Part shown: in pieces, positions 1-9,342 of the stretch
How the letters are laid out: every line of letters starts with the position of its first letter
Position numbering within the stretch: the first letter of the stretch is position 1
Assembly (NCBI GenBank): GCA_040830765.1
Contig: JBFOMH010000003.1
Location: forward strand, 114,434-178,433
Direction of reading: 5' to 3'
Source: Puniceicoccaceae bacterium
Lineage (GTDB): Bacteria; Verrucomicrobiota; Verrucomicrobiia; Opitutales; Oceanipulchritudinaceae
Length of the DNA stretch: 64,000 nt
The notes under the pieces: generated by a model
What the model saw: the letters and a program-made list of their open reading frames with translations, nothing else
Database searches by the model: none
Told to the model about the DNA's origin: nothing
Made by a program: the position numbers and the translations under genes

Positions 1-1
1 C

Positions 2-586
2 AAAACGAATCCTTCCGAACCCGTCGCTGTGGGGCAACAAGGTGGCAATTACCGGATCATCGACACCCCGCCCCTGAACGATATTGCACGCTATGATTTC
101 CGGCCGCTGGAATCCTATAAGAGCGAGCTTTCCGGGCAACCTCTTCCCGATAAAGCGGTCATCCCGGTGAATCTTGATCCGGACTCAGAACATCCCTACG
201 TGGGTGCCTATGGATTTAATGGATCCGACTGGAAACCGGGTGCCATCAACGGCATGCAGTACCTTGTTGATAACAAGGAAGACAGGACAATTCTCCGGTT
301 CAAATACACCCTGCCCCTTATTGAAGATGATGCCCTGACCATCCTAATTAACGGTCAGGAAGTTAAAAGCGGGATGATCCCGAAGCAGAAGTCTTTCAAG
401 TCAATGGCCTTCTTTATCGACGGCAAATTCCTGCAAAAGGGCGACAATATCGTTGAATTTATATCCTCAAGTTTCGGAACAATCACAGACAACTTCAACA
501 GCCTCAAGAAAAGGCTAGTCCATTCAACCAACTTTCCCGAATCTGGATTATTCAAGAGCGCAAAACCAGTAGAATTAATATATTAA
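2..586 (+). CDS. 5'-truncated hypothetical protein (C-terminal beta-sandwich-like part of a probable carbohydrate-active protein)
   Basis: Frame is open from the window edge (aaa acg aat...) to TAA 586; 10 bp upstream of a GH29 gene; no recognisable motif. Confidence 0.55.
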   Translation, partial: KTNPSEPVAVGQQGGNYRIIDTPPLNDIARYDFRPLESYKSELSGQPLPDKAVIPVNLDPDSEHPYVGAYGFNGSDWKPGAINGMQYLVDNKEDRTILRFKYTLPLIEDDALTILINGQEVKSGMIPKQKSFKSMAFFIDGKFLQKGDNIVEFISSSFGTITDNFNSLKKRLVHSTNFPESGLFKSAKPVELIY

Positions 587-596
587 ACATTAAACC

Positions 597-1754
597 ATGA
601 AAAGTGATAACCTCCTCCCCTTAGCCCTGATCCTTGTCACTGGAATCCTTGTTAGCGGTTGCAGTGAAAAAGCTCCCATACCTGCTTACCTGGCCGACTA
701 CGGGCAACAGTTTTTGGAAAATCCCCGTGCTGCGAATCTGGAATGGTTCAAGAATGCCGAATACGGCCTTTTTATCCATTATGGCCTCTACGCCCTGATG
801 GAGGAAGGGGAATGGGTGCAGCTGACCCATAAGCCCGAGCCAGTACCGGTCGCTGAATATGCGAAATTGGCGGATGTGTTTACAGCGGACAAATTTGATG
901 CGGAATTCATCACCGACTTCGTCCTCGAAGCGGGGATGAAGTACATAACCATTACTGCCAAGCATCACGATGGTTACAGTTTGTTTAAAACGGCATTGTC
1001 TGATTTCCAGTCGATGAACTCCCCCTGCGGGCGCGACCTGATCGGGGAACTCTACGCAGAATGCGAGCGAAAGGGCATCGCCTTGTTCCTTTACTACAGT
1101 TATGGCGCCGACTGGAAACACCCTTACTTCATGTCCCGCGAGGTTGGCTGGAAGCATGCACGACCGGCTTATAGTGAACCACAACCCGAGTACCTTTTTG
1201 AAAAAGATGAGGATTTCCAGAAATACATTGAGTTTGCGGATGGCCAGGTAAAGGAACTACTTACCCAATATCCAAATATCGCAGGGATCTGGTTTGATCC
1301 GATCATGGGATACTATGCTCGCCCAGATTTGTTCGATATGGATAAAACCTATGCCATGATTCGCGAAATGAGTCCGCATGCGCTCATCTCATTCAAACAG
1401 GGGGCAACCGGAACCGAGGACTTCATCGCACCCGAGCGCCACATGGTGAACATGGTTGAGCGTGTGACAAACGAACTTGGCGCAGAATCAGCCGCTGTAG
1501 CCAAGGCCGCCTGGGACAAGAACCAGGGTAAGCCAAGGGAAATCTGCGACACCATGCAACCGCGCGCATGGGGCTACAATAAATCCAAGGACGGGCAGCA
1601 CCTGAGCGCCGAACAGGTCGTGGAAAAGTTGGATGCCGCCAGGGAGCTCGGGGCAAACCTGCTTCTGAATATTGGCCCGAAACCAGATGGCTCATTCCCT
1701 CAGGAGGACGTGGATGCCCTACTCGAGGCAGGAAAGACCATCAAAGGCAATTAA
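597..1754 (+). CDS. Alpha-L-fucosidase GH29, lipoprotein
   Basis: YGLFIHYGLY, TAKHHDGY, IWFDP nucleophile motif, NLLLNIGPKPDG; lipobox LVSGC. Confidence 0.9.
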   Translation: MKSDNLLPLALILVTGILVSGCSEKAPIPAYLADYGQQFLENPRAANLEWFKNAEYGLFIHYGLYALMEEGEWVQLTHKPEPVPVAEYAKLADVFTADKFDAEFITDFVLEAGMKYITITAKHHDGYSLFKTALSDFQSMNSPCGRDLIGELYAECERKGIALFLYYSYGADWKHPYFMSREVGWKHARPAYSEPQPEYLFEKDEDFQKYIEFADGQVKELLTQYPNIAGIWFDPIMGYYARPDLFDMDKTYAMIREMSPHALISFKQGATGTEDFIAPERHMVNMVERVTNELGAESAAVAKAAWDKNQGKPREICDTMQPRAWGYNKSKDGQHLSAEQVVEKLDAARELGANLLLNIGPKPDGSFPQEDVDALLEAGKTIKGN

Positions 1755-1774
1755 CCGAAAAAACGCCTGCCTCA

Positions 1775-2029
1775 ATGAATAAACTAAGCTCGATCCTATT
1801 GAGCTGCGCTTTCTCCCTATCCCTTAGCGCTGAGGTATACTATGTTGCTCCAAACGGAAGCAACGAGAATCAGGGCACTCAGGAAGCTCTTTTTCGATCT
1901 ATTGTGTTCTCAATCACGCAATTGAAACCCGGCGATACCCTCAATATATACGAAGGAACTTATCTCATGGCCCCGGCTCCAAGAACCCTCCGGGTTCTCT
2001 CCGCCTGGGCCAGCCAACCACAAAACTGA
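1775..2029 (+). pseudogene. Truncated right-handed beta-helix (DUF1565-type N-terminus) protein; signal peptide and first motif only
   Basis: YYVAPNGSNENQGT...LKPGDTLNIYEGTY, then homology with the longer copy at 8378-8762 breaks at 1964. Confidence 0.8.
1850..1964 (+). repeat. Direct repeat A, copy 1 (115 bp; copy 2 at 8378-8492)
   Basis: ccaaacggaagcaac...gaaggaacttatc; 2 mismatches by manual alignment. Confidence 0.95.
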
Positions 2030-2134
2030 AACCACAAAGAAAATCGGAAATTACCTCACTAAGGATGGATTAAAATGAGGGGGCCAACCATTAGCAAATC
2101 CCAATCAGTTTCCTTAGATCTATTCAAATTAATT

Positions 2135-3679
2135 ATGTATTACCATAGTTTTTCGAAATACAAACTCTTCTTTTTAATCATTCTGCCAATAGCATCCCTA
2201 CAAGCTAAGGATATCGGTTCAAGCCCATTACCTAACATCGTCATCATCTACGCGGACGACATGGGAGTAGCGGATGTATCGTATGGCAATCCTTTGTCAA
2301 AAATACAGACCCCGAACATCGATAGCCTTGCCGCTCAAGGTATGACCTTTACTGATGGCCACAGCTCTTCCGGTGTATGCACACCTAGTCGGTTTGCGCT
2401 GCTTACAGGTCAATACCACTGGAGACGTTTTCACGCAATCGTGCACGCATTTGGAAACAGCGTGTTCGAAGCAAATGATTTCACCCTACCCAAAATGCTA
2501 AAAGACAGGGGATATAACACTGCAGCTATTGGCAAATGGCACCTCGGTTGGGACTGGGAATCGATCAAAAAGCCTGGAGCCGTCCCGGTCAAAGAGAACG
2601 AAAAAAGGCAAGAGTGGGACTCTAATGCCTTTGACTGGTCCAAGCGATTTCGAGGCGGCCCAGTCGACCAAGGCTTCGACTACTATTTTGGCGACGGGAC
2701 GATAAACTTCCCTCCCTACACATGGATCGAGAATGACCGGTTCCTATACACTCCGACACAACAAGTGATTCGCTCCAAGCCCCTAGCAGGAGGAGGAACT
2801 TTCCGACCTGGCCCAATGGCACAGGAATGGGATCCCTTTGAAGTCCTCCCGACCACAACCGCTAAAGCGGTAGAATGGATATCCAAACAAACCAGCGAAG
2901 TGCCCTTTTTTATCTACCTTGCCTTAAATTCTCCCCACTACCCGATCGTTCCGAACAAAGAGTTTCATGGAGCATCAGACGCGGGCTATTACGGCGACTT
3001 CGTCGTAGAAACTGACGCTATGGTAGGAAAAGTAATGGAAGCCCTCCAGCTCCAAGAATTTGACGACAATACTCTCGTCATTTTCACCGCAGACAATGGC
3101 GCCGAGACACATGCCTTCCAAAGACTAGAAGAATTCAACCAATGGAGCTCGGGAGAACACAGAGGCGTAAAGCGCGACCTCTACGAAGGAGGCCATCGCG
3201 TGCCCTTCATTTTCCGCTGGCCCGGCAGAATACCTCCCGGAACCGTTTCTGATGAAACCGTCAACCAAGTAGATTTCGCAGCCACTTTCGCCAAAATCGT
3301 GGGCTACTCATTGAGCGAAAAAGAGGCGATTGACAGCCACAGTCTTTTGCCCGTCATCATAGGCGACGAATATACAAGACCGCTGAGATCGGCCACTGTT
3401 CATAACACATTCGAAGACGAATACGCTCTACGTAAGGGAAATTGGGTCTATATAAATACGACCCGTGCAGCTGTGTATAAGGAGTCAGAAGAATACTTGG
3501 AAAAGAGAGGACTCACCTCCTTTCGCAATTCAGATACCGGCGGCCTCTTGTTCAATCTCGCAGACGACCCTGGCCAGTCAAAAAACCTTTACCTCGAATA
3601 CCCCGAGAGAGTCGTACAAATGTCCGAGCTCCTTCAGCAATATTTAGCCGGCAAACGTGGAGCTCCGTACATACCATAG
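2135..3679 (+). CDS. Exported Cys-type sulfatase (S1; S1_15-like)
   Basis: [31 protein letters not shown]; signal peptide from ATG 2135 (ORF track opens at 2075). Confidence 0.92.
   Translation: MYYHSFSKYKLFFLIILPIASLQAKDIGSSPLPNIVIIYADDMGVADVSYGNPLSKIQTPNIDSLAAQGMTFTDGHSSSGVCTPSRFALLTGQYHWRRFHAIVHAFGNSVFEANDFTLPKMLKDRGYNTAAIGKWHLGWDWESIKKPGAVPVKENEKRQEWDSNAFDWSKRFRGGPVDQGFDYYFGDGTINFPPYTWIENDRFLYTPTQQVIRSKPLAGGGTFRPGPMAQEWDPFEVLPTTTAKAVEWISKQTSEVPFFIYLALNSPHYPIVPNKEFHGASDAGYYGDFVVETDAMVGKVMEALQLQEFDDNTLVIFTADNGAETHAFQRLEEFNQWSSGEHRGVKRDLYEGGHRVPFIFRWPGRIPPGTVSDETVNQVDFAATFAKIVGYSLSEKEAIDSHSLLPVIIGDEYTRPLRSATVHNTFEDEYALRKGNWVYINTTRAAVYKESEEYLEKRGLTSFRNSDTGGLLFNLADDPGQSKNLYLEYPERVVQMSELLQQYLAGKRGAPYIP
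3387..3679 (+). repeat. Direct repeat B, copy 1 (293 bp sulfatase 3' end; copy 2 at 8763-9055)
   Basis: gatcggccactgttcataa...ataccatag; about 24 mismatches by manual count, no indels. Confidence 0.95.
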
Positions 3680-3831
3680 TAGGCTAGACATCTTCAGTTC
3701 GTTTCGACCATCGGAAAGATAGAACCAGCTGCTTTTGCCACTATCCCTTTTTTCAAGAACAACCGACGATTGTGGGTTTCTTGAGCAAAAGCGCTCATAT
3801 CTTCAACTGATATATTTCCTTTGGGAGGGGT

Positions 3832-4099
3832 TTAGTTGTGCGTATCCATTCGATCCGACTCCGGATGTCCGTGGTTCCTTACAAGCTCTAAGGCTTTTTT
3901 AAGCTCGGCTACTTTTTCTGGATATTCTTTGGCTAGATTGAAGCGCTGCCCTATATCTTCTCTGAGATTGTAGAGTTCGACCGGTTGACCGTCGTCCGCT
4001 AGGAAGCCGTAGCGCTCCTCCCACCCATGAGCCGGCTTACGAGCATATCCGGTAGCGGCGTCGATGAGCACCCAGTCCCCCTCCCGGTAGGCGAAGCCC
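3832..4099 (-). pseudogene. 3' remnant of a sulfatase (repeat C copy 1; 3842-4099 matches 9353-9610)
   Basis: GFAYREGDWVLIDAATGYARKP...GHPESDRMDTHN is nearly identical to the C-terminus of the 9343-10896 sulfatase; about 12 mismatches in 258 bp; no 5' part. Confidence 0.9.
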
Positions 4100-4111
4100 G
4101 GTTGTGGAATG

Positions 4112-4999
4112 TCACGTTGTGTTCTGTTTCCGATATGTAGCGGGTGCCACGCCGAAATATCTCTTGAATGCTCTGCTAAGAGAGAATCCGTCGGAGTATC
4201 CGAGAGCCCAAGCTATTTCCTGCAGGGTCTTGTCTGATTGTCTCAACAAGTAGGCAGTGTGTTCGACTTTTCTCCGCGAGAGTCTGTGTCTTGCGCTTTC
4301 ATTTCCGAACTGACTGAAAAGACGCGCCATGGAATTTGGGTGGATATTGCAGCGTTGCGCTATTTCGGCGACGGATGAAAAGGTAAGGAACTTTGTGTCG
4401 ATAATCTCACAAATGTTTAGGTAACGCTGCCTGCTTTGTGAATCGCTGCCTCCTGGGAATCGTAATTTTTCGGCAGCAGTGATGATAATTAGACGGAACC
4501 AAGAGTTGGAAAGATCCATCCAATTCAGGCTTTGTTTGCGCAGGCATGCGGAGCAGGCTTGGAAATAACTCAGGATTGGGCCCGCTAGTTCATCGATGTT
4601 CATCACTTGGGTTGCCTTTCCTAGGTACTGAGCGATCTGCAAATCGTACCATTCGTGACTTAATGATAGTCGCCACAATTCCATTGTGCCCTCGGTTATC
4701 TCGATAGAGAATGGAATCGATTTTTGGCGGATGATAAACGAGCCACTCTTAAGGGGGTAGCTCTTCTCCTCCGATGTCAGCACCCCTTCGCCAGAAACGA
4801 CTAGAGCAATCACTGTGTTATCGATTATTCTCATGGCTCGGAAACCGGGAGGGGTGCGCCTCTCGTGAGTTATGCTGCGAATGTTCCGCAGCGGCGATCC
4901 ATCCGCTGCGTACGCTGGCAGGTAGGCGCAGTCTTGCGGGAAGAAGTCGGCGGCGTAGCAAACGTCTTCGTCAAATTCTGTGTCACTAGGTTCGTGCAT
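4112..4999 (-). CDS. AraC-family transcriptional regulator
   Basis: Cupin-like N-domain plus C-terminal LQEIAWALGYSDGFSLSRAFKRYFGVAPATYR; start placed at ATG 4999 (uncertain). Confidence 0.9.
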   Translation of the reverse strand: MHEPSDTEFDEDVCYAADFFPQDCAYLPAYAADGSPLRNIRSITHERRTPPGFRAMRIIDNTVIALVVSGEGVLTSEEKSYPLKSGSFIIRQKSIPFSIEITEGTMELWRLSLSHEWYDLQIAQYLGKATQVMNIDELAGPILSYFQACSACLRKQSLNWMDLSNSWFRLIIITAAEKLRFPGGSDSQSRQRYLNICEIIDTKFLTFSSVAEIAQRCNIHPNSMARLFSQFGNESARHRLSRRKVEHTAYLLRQSDKTLQEIAWALGYSDGFSLSRAFKRYFGVAPATYRKQNTT

Positions 5000-5192
5000 G
5001 GGTGATCGACCCGGGAGGTCGGCCGCAGGTCTTTGAAAGCGGACCGCTATCTCGTCCAAGAAAAGGGGCTTCCCTGTCAAACTCAAGCGTCAAGTGGCGG
5101 GCCCTGACGCGGATTTAGGCGTGAAAATGACATGCCTGCCCCACATGTGGCTATTCTGCTCGATGCGATTTACGGTTATGATTGCCCGCTGA

Positions 5193-6566
5193 ATGAAGGA
5201 GAACGCTAGGCCGAACATTGTTTTGATCAATTGTGATGATTTGGGGTATGGCGACCTCGGTTGCTACGGGTCTAGCGTAAACAAGACTCCCAATATCGAC
5301 GAGCTGGCGACCGAAGGCCGCCGCTTTTCGAGCTTCTACATGGCGTCGCCGGTGTGTTCTCCCTCCCGTGGGGCCATGCTGACGGGATGCTACCCGAGGC
5401 GAGTTGGGTTCGGCAGCTTCGATGGTCAGTGGGTACTCTTCCCGGGCATGCCCATCGGGCTCGATCCAAGCGAGGTCACGATTTCAAGCATGCTGAAGAA
5501 GAACGGGTATTCGACTGCGATCGTCGGGAAGTGGCACTGCGGGGACCAGAAGGAATTCCTTCCGGATCAGCATGGCTTCGACGACTATTTCGGTCTGCCG
5601 TACAGCAACGACATGGGGAGGCAGCGCAAGGCGGATCCTTCCTTTCCGCCGTTGCCTTTGATGCATGGTAGCGAGGTGCTAGAGGAGCAACCAGATCAGT
5701 GCACCCTGACAGAGCGCTACACCGAGTTTGCACTTCGTTTCATCCGGAGAAATCGGGACATTCCTTTCTTTCTGTACTTCGCGCACATGCATGTGCATCT
5801 GCCGCACTATGTCCCGGACCGATTGCTAACGAATTCGAAGAACGGACGATACGGGGCTGCGGTCGCCAATATTGATTGGTCGACGGGCGTGTTGATGAAC
5901 GAGCTCAAGGCGCTTGGGCTGGAAGAGAACACCATCGTCATCTTTACGAGCGACAATGGATCGCGCGCCAGCGGAGAGGGTGGCAGCAACGGTGGCCTGA
6001 GCGGAATCAAGGGTTCGACCTGGGAGGGCGGCCAGCGCGTTCCCTGTATCGTGCGGTGGCCCGGACATATCCAGCCGAACTCCGAATGCGATGAGCTGAC
6101 GACGGCGATGGACTTTCTTCCGACCATTGCCTCGCTGATAGGCGATTCGCTGCCCGAAGATCGAATCATTGATGGCTACGATGTATCGTCGCTGTGGATT
6201 GAGGGCGAGGATTTGAAGAGTCCCTACGAAGCGTTCTACTACTACTTCATGGATGACCTCGAAGCGGTTCGGGCGGGATGTTGGAAGCGGCACATTCGAC
6301 GAAATGGAGAGGATGTGAACCTATTATTTGATCTTGATGCAGACCCTGCGGAGCAATTGAATCTGTACTATGACAGGCCGGAGGTGGTGGCCATGACGGA
6401 CCAGTTGATCGAGAACGCTCGTCAGGAATTGGGCGATGCGGCGACCGGGTATGCAGGCAAGGATTTGCGTCCGGCTGGAAGGGTTAGCGATGGGAAAACG
6501 CTGACGGAGTACTCGGAAAATCATCCATATATGGTCGCCATGTATGACTTGGAAGAGCGAGGCTAA
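5193..6566 (+). CDS. Cytoplasmic Cys-type sulfatase
   Basis: PNIVLINCDDLG, CSPSR, GKWHCG, WEGGQRVP; no signal peptide. Confidence 0.92.
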   Translation: MKENARPNIVLINCDDLGYGDLGCYGSSVNKTPNIDELATEGRRFSSFYMASPVCSPSRGAMLTGCYPRRVGFGSFDGQWVLFPGMPIGLDPSEVTISSMLKKNGYSTAIVGKWHCGDQKEFLPDQHGFDDYFGLPYSNDMGRQRKADPSFPPLPLMHGSEVLEEQPDQCTLTERYTEFALRFIRRNRDIPFFLYFAHMHVHLPHYVPDRLLTNSKNGRYGAAVANIDWSTGVLMNELKALGLEENTIVIFTSDNGSRASGEGGSNGGLSGIKGSTWEGGQRVPCIVRWPGHIQPNSECDELTTAMDFLPTIASLIGDSLPEDRIIDGYDVSSLWIEGEDLKSPYEAFYYYFMDDLEAVRAGCWKRHIRRNGEDVNLLFDLDADPAEQLNLYYDRPEVVAMTDQLIENARQELGDAATGYAGKDLRPAGRVSDGKTLTEYSENHPYMVAMYDLEERG

Positions 6567-6569
6567 CCT

Positions 6570-8321
6570 ATGCTGACTATTCTTTCTTGTGCGGCATTTA
6601 TGGGGTTCGTGGCTTGGTACTCGTGGAGGAAAACACGGGGCCAGGTTTCCACAGCGAACGGGTACTTTCTGGCGGGCAACGGGCTAACGGGGCTGTTCAT
6701 AGGCGGCTCGCTCTTGCTGACGAACATTTCCACCGAACAACTCATTGGGCAAAACGGCATGACCTACGCAGGAAACATGACCGCCCTGGCGTGGGAAATA
6801 TGGGCAGTCCGAGGTATCATCCTGCTTGCTGCTCTGTTCCTGCCCATGTACCTGGGAGGCGCTTTTTCGACGATGCCCTCATTCCTGAGATCGCGCTACG
6901 GCGAGTGGACTCGCCGCCTCGTAGTTGGCTTGCTGCTCTTTGGATATATTTTTATCTGGTCCCCATCGGTGCTCTACGGCGGATCGCTGGCCTTGGTCAA
7001 AATCCTGGATGTCCCGCAACATACGGGGCTCTCCGAATTTCAGGCCCTTTGGGTGGTGGTCTGGATAATCGGAATCATTGGAGCGGTGTACGCGATTTGC
7101 GGTGGATTGCGGGCGGTGGCCATTTCAGATACGCTGAATGGCTTCGGCCTGCTGATCATAGGGTGCCTGATACCGGTCTTCGGTCTGATCGCCTTGGGGG
7201 AAAAGCATGGGGGCGGGGTATCCACGGCGCTTCGTCACATCGCTACGAACAGTGCGGAAAAATTGAATGCTATCGGAACTGGAAGCGAGCTCGACTCCAT
7301 TCCCATATCCGCCGTGTTCACGGGGCTGATGGTCATGGCTGTCTTCTATTGGGGAACCAATCAGTTCATCATCCAGCGCGCCTTGGGAGCGGCTAGTTTA
7401 AAGGAAGGACAGAAGGGGTTGTTGCTTGCGGGCTACTTCAAGATGCTAATCCCTTTTGTAGCGATGGCGCCCGGCCTGATCGCATTTCACCTGTACGGAC
7501 CGGAGCTGTCGCCGACCGATATGGCGTATCCCGCTTTGGTGGCGGGCGTTTTGCCAGACTTTCTCCTAGGCTTCTTTATTGCCGTGCTTCTAGGCGCGGT
7601 CTTCTCGACCTACAATTCCCTGCTGAATTCCGCGGCCACGATGTTCGCGTTGGATATCTACAAGCCCCTTTTCAATCCAAACGCGGACGACAGAAAATTG
7701 ATTCGGGTGTCCAAGTATTTTTCGGTGGTATGCGCGGTCATGACCCTGTTCACGGCGCCCAACCTGATACATGCCGCGGATGGACTGTTCGTTTTCATCG
7801 CAAAATTCGCTGGCTTCATTGCCGTGCCCGTCTCGAGCCTCGTGGTTCTGGGGCTCTTCGCCCGGAGCCTAAGGATTCCGCCGAGAGCATCGCAATTTGT
7901 CATCCTCTTCCATGTAGTCGTCTACTACCTGTTGGTTTGGGGGCTGCCCGCGCTCGGGATCGATATTCCCATCCATTTTATGCATGTGTTTTCGATACTC
8001 TTCCTTGCGGAGTCCTCCATTCTCGTTGTCTGGGCCCTGGTCAAGCCGCATCATGAAGCATACGAATACGCTCATGACCCGAAGGTTGAGATGGTCCCAT
8101 GGCGATGGGCCATGCTGACCAGCGCGGTGCTCCTGTCCTGCGCAATCCTCGTTTACGTCGTGTTTTCCAAGGTAGGGTTGGCATACGAAGAGGGCATTGT
8201 TGGGCCCGCATTTGGGTGGGCCTTCGCGATGGCTCTTTCCGTTTGCGTGGCCTTCTGCTGGTGGGCCCATCGGTGGCTGCAGCCTCGCTACGATCGCTAC
8301 ATCGCAAAGCGCTACGTTTGA
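6570..8321 (+). CDS. yidK: Sodium:solute symporter (SSS), YidK-like
   Basis: GYFLAG...SLLLTNISTEQLIG, GGLRAVAISD, AEKLNAIG, YWGTNQFIIQRALGA..L.EGQKG recalled as close to E. coli YidK; many TM helices. Confidence 0.85.
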   Translation: MLTILSCAAFMGFVAWYSWRKTRGQVSTANGYFLAGNGLTGLFIGGSLLLTNISTEQLIGQNGMTYAGNMTALAWEIWAVRGIILLAALFLPMYLGGAFSTMPSFLRSRYGEWTRRLVVGLLLFGYIFIWSPSVLYGGSLALVKILDVPQHTGLSEFQALWVVVWIIGIIGAVYAICGGLRAVAISDTLNGFGLLIIGCLIPVFGLIALGEKHGGGVSTALRHIATNSAEKLNAIGTGSELDSIPISAVFTGLMVMAVFYWGTNQFIIQRALGAASLKEGQKGLLLAGYFKMLIPFVAMAPGLIAFHLYGPELSPTDMAYPALVAGVLPDFLLGFFIAVLLGAVFSTYNSLLNSAATMFALDIYKPLFNPNADDRKLIRVSKYFSVVCAVMTLFTAPNLIHAADGLFVFIAKFAGFIAVPVSSLVVLGLFARSLRIPPRASQFVILFHVVVYYLLVWGLPALGIDIPIHFMHVFSILFLAESSILVVWALVKPHHEAYEYAHDPKVEMVPWRWAMLTSAVLLSCAILVYVVFSKVGLAYEEGIVGPAFGWAFAMALSVCVAFCWWAHRWLQPRYDRYIAKRYV

Positions 8322-8377
8322 CCGGGATCGACTTTCTCTCGGGGCTTTCTGAGAAAAAGGGACAGGCTATTTATCTC

Positions 8378-9055
8378 CCAAACGGAAGCAACAAGAATCC
8401 GGGCACTCAGGAAGCTCTTTTTCGATCTATTGTGTTCTCAATCACGCAATTGAAACCCGGCGATACCCTCAATATATACGAAGGAACTTATCGCGAGGTC
8501 TTCGTGCCCGAACACTCCGGAAACAAGAAAAGCAATATCACCATTCAGGCAGCAGAAGATCAAAGGGTTATAATCAGCGGCACCGAACCGATTACCAATT
8601 GGAAAAGGTACCGTGGTAATATCTATTCCGCAAAGATGGATTGGGATCTGGGAAAGAACAATCAGGTATTCTTCGATGATAAACCTCTCACTGAAGCCCG
8701 CTGGCCAAATGATTTGGATGGGGATTCAATGACACCCAATGGAGCCATGAATGCAGGTGGTGGATCGGCCACTGTTCATAATACATTCGAAGACGAATAC
8801 GCTCTACGCCAGGGAAATTGGGCCAATATGAATACGACCCGTGCAGCTGTGTATAAGGAGTCAGAAGAATACTTGGAAAAGAGAGGACTCACCTCCTTTC
8901 GCAATTCAGATGCCAGCGGGCTCTTATTTAATCTCGCAGAGGACCCTGGCCAGTCAAAAAACCTTTACCTCGAATACCCCGAGCGAGTCGAACAATTGTC
9001 CGAGCTTCTTCAAAAATATTTAGACGGAAAACGCGGAGCGCCATACATACCCTAG
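8378..9055 (+). pseudogene. In-frame chimera: beta-helix protein fragment (8378-8762) fused to a sulfatase C-terminus (8763-9055)
   Basis: PNGSNKNPGT...YREVF...EARWPND joins at gatc to [12 protein letters not shown]...GAPYIP; no start codon or signal peptide. Confidence 0.88.
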
Positions 9056-9342
9056 GCTAGAGCATCTTCCACTTGTTTCGTCGACTGCCTTCACTCCAAA
9101 GTTTGTATCGATCTAGAACAATAGATATGTGACCCAGGAATTGAGCCATGGTCCATTCGCGTTTTCTTTTTCGACTTAGCTACGGCAGCTTACTATGCTA
9201 AGTTAGGCAGGTAGGATTCTTTTCACTTTCATTAAGGTTTTTAGCTAAAATCCGTAAGTTTCACTGTAGCGGAATTCTACACAAACACCCTCGCCGGACT
9301 CACCCACCAAGGCAGTCGTCAATTCAGTTCGGGCGATGGTAG

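Noticed and set aside
8099..8377. N-terminal part of the 318-aa ORF
   Set aside because: Off-frame overlap with the SSS gene; only 8378-9055 has recognisable homology
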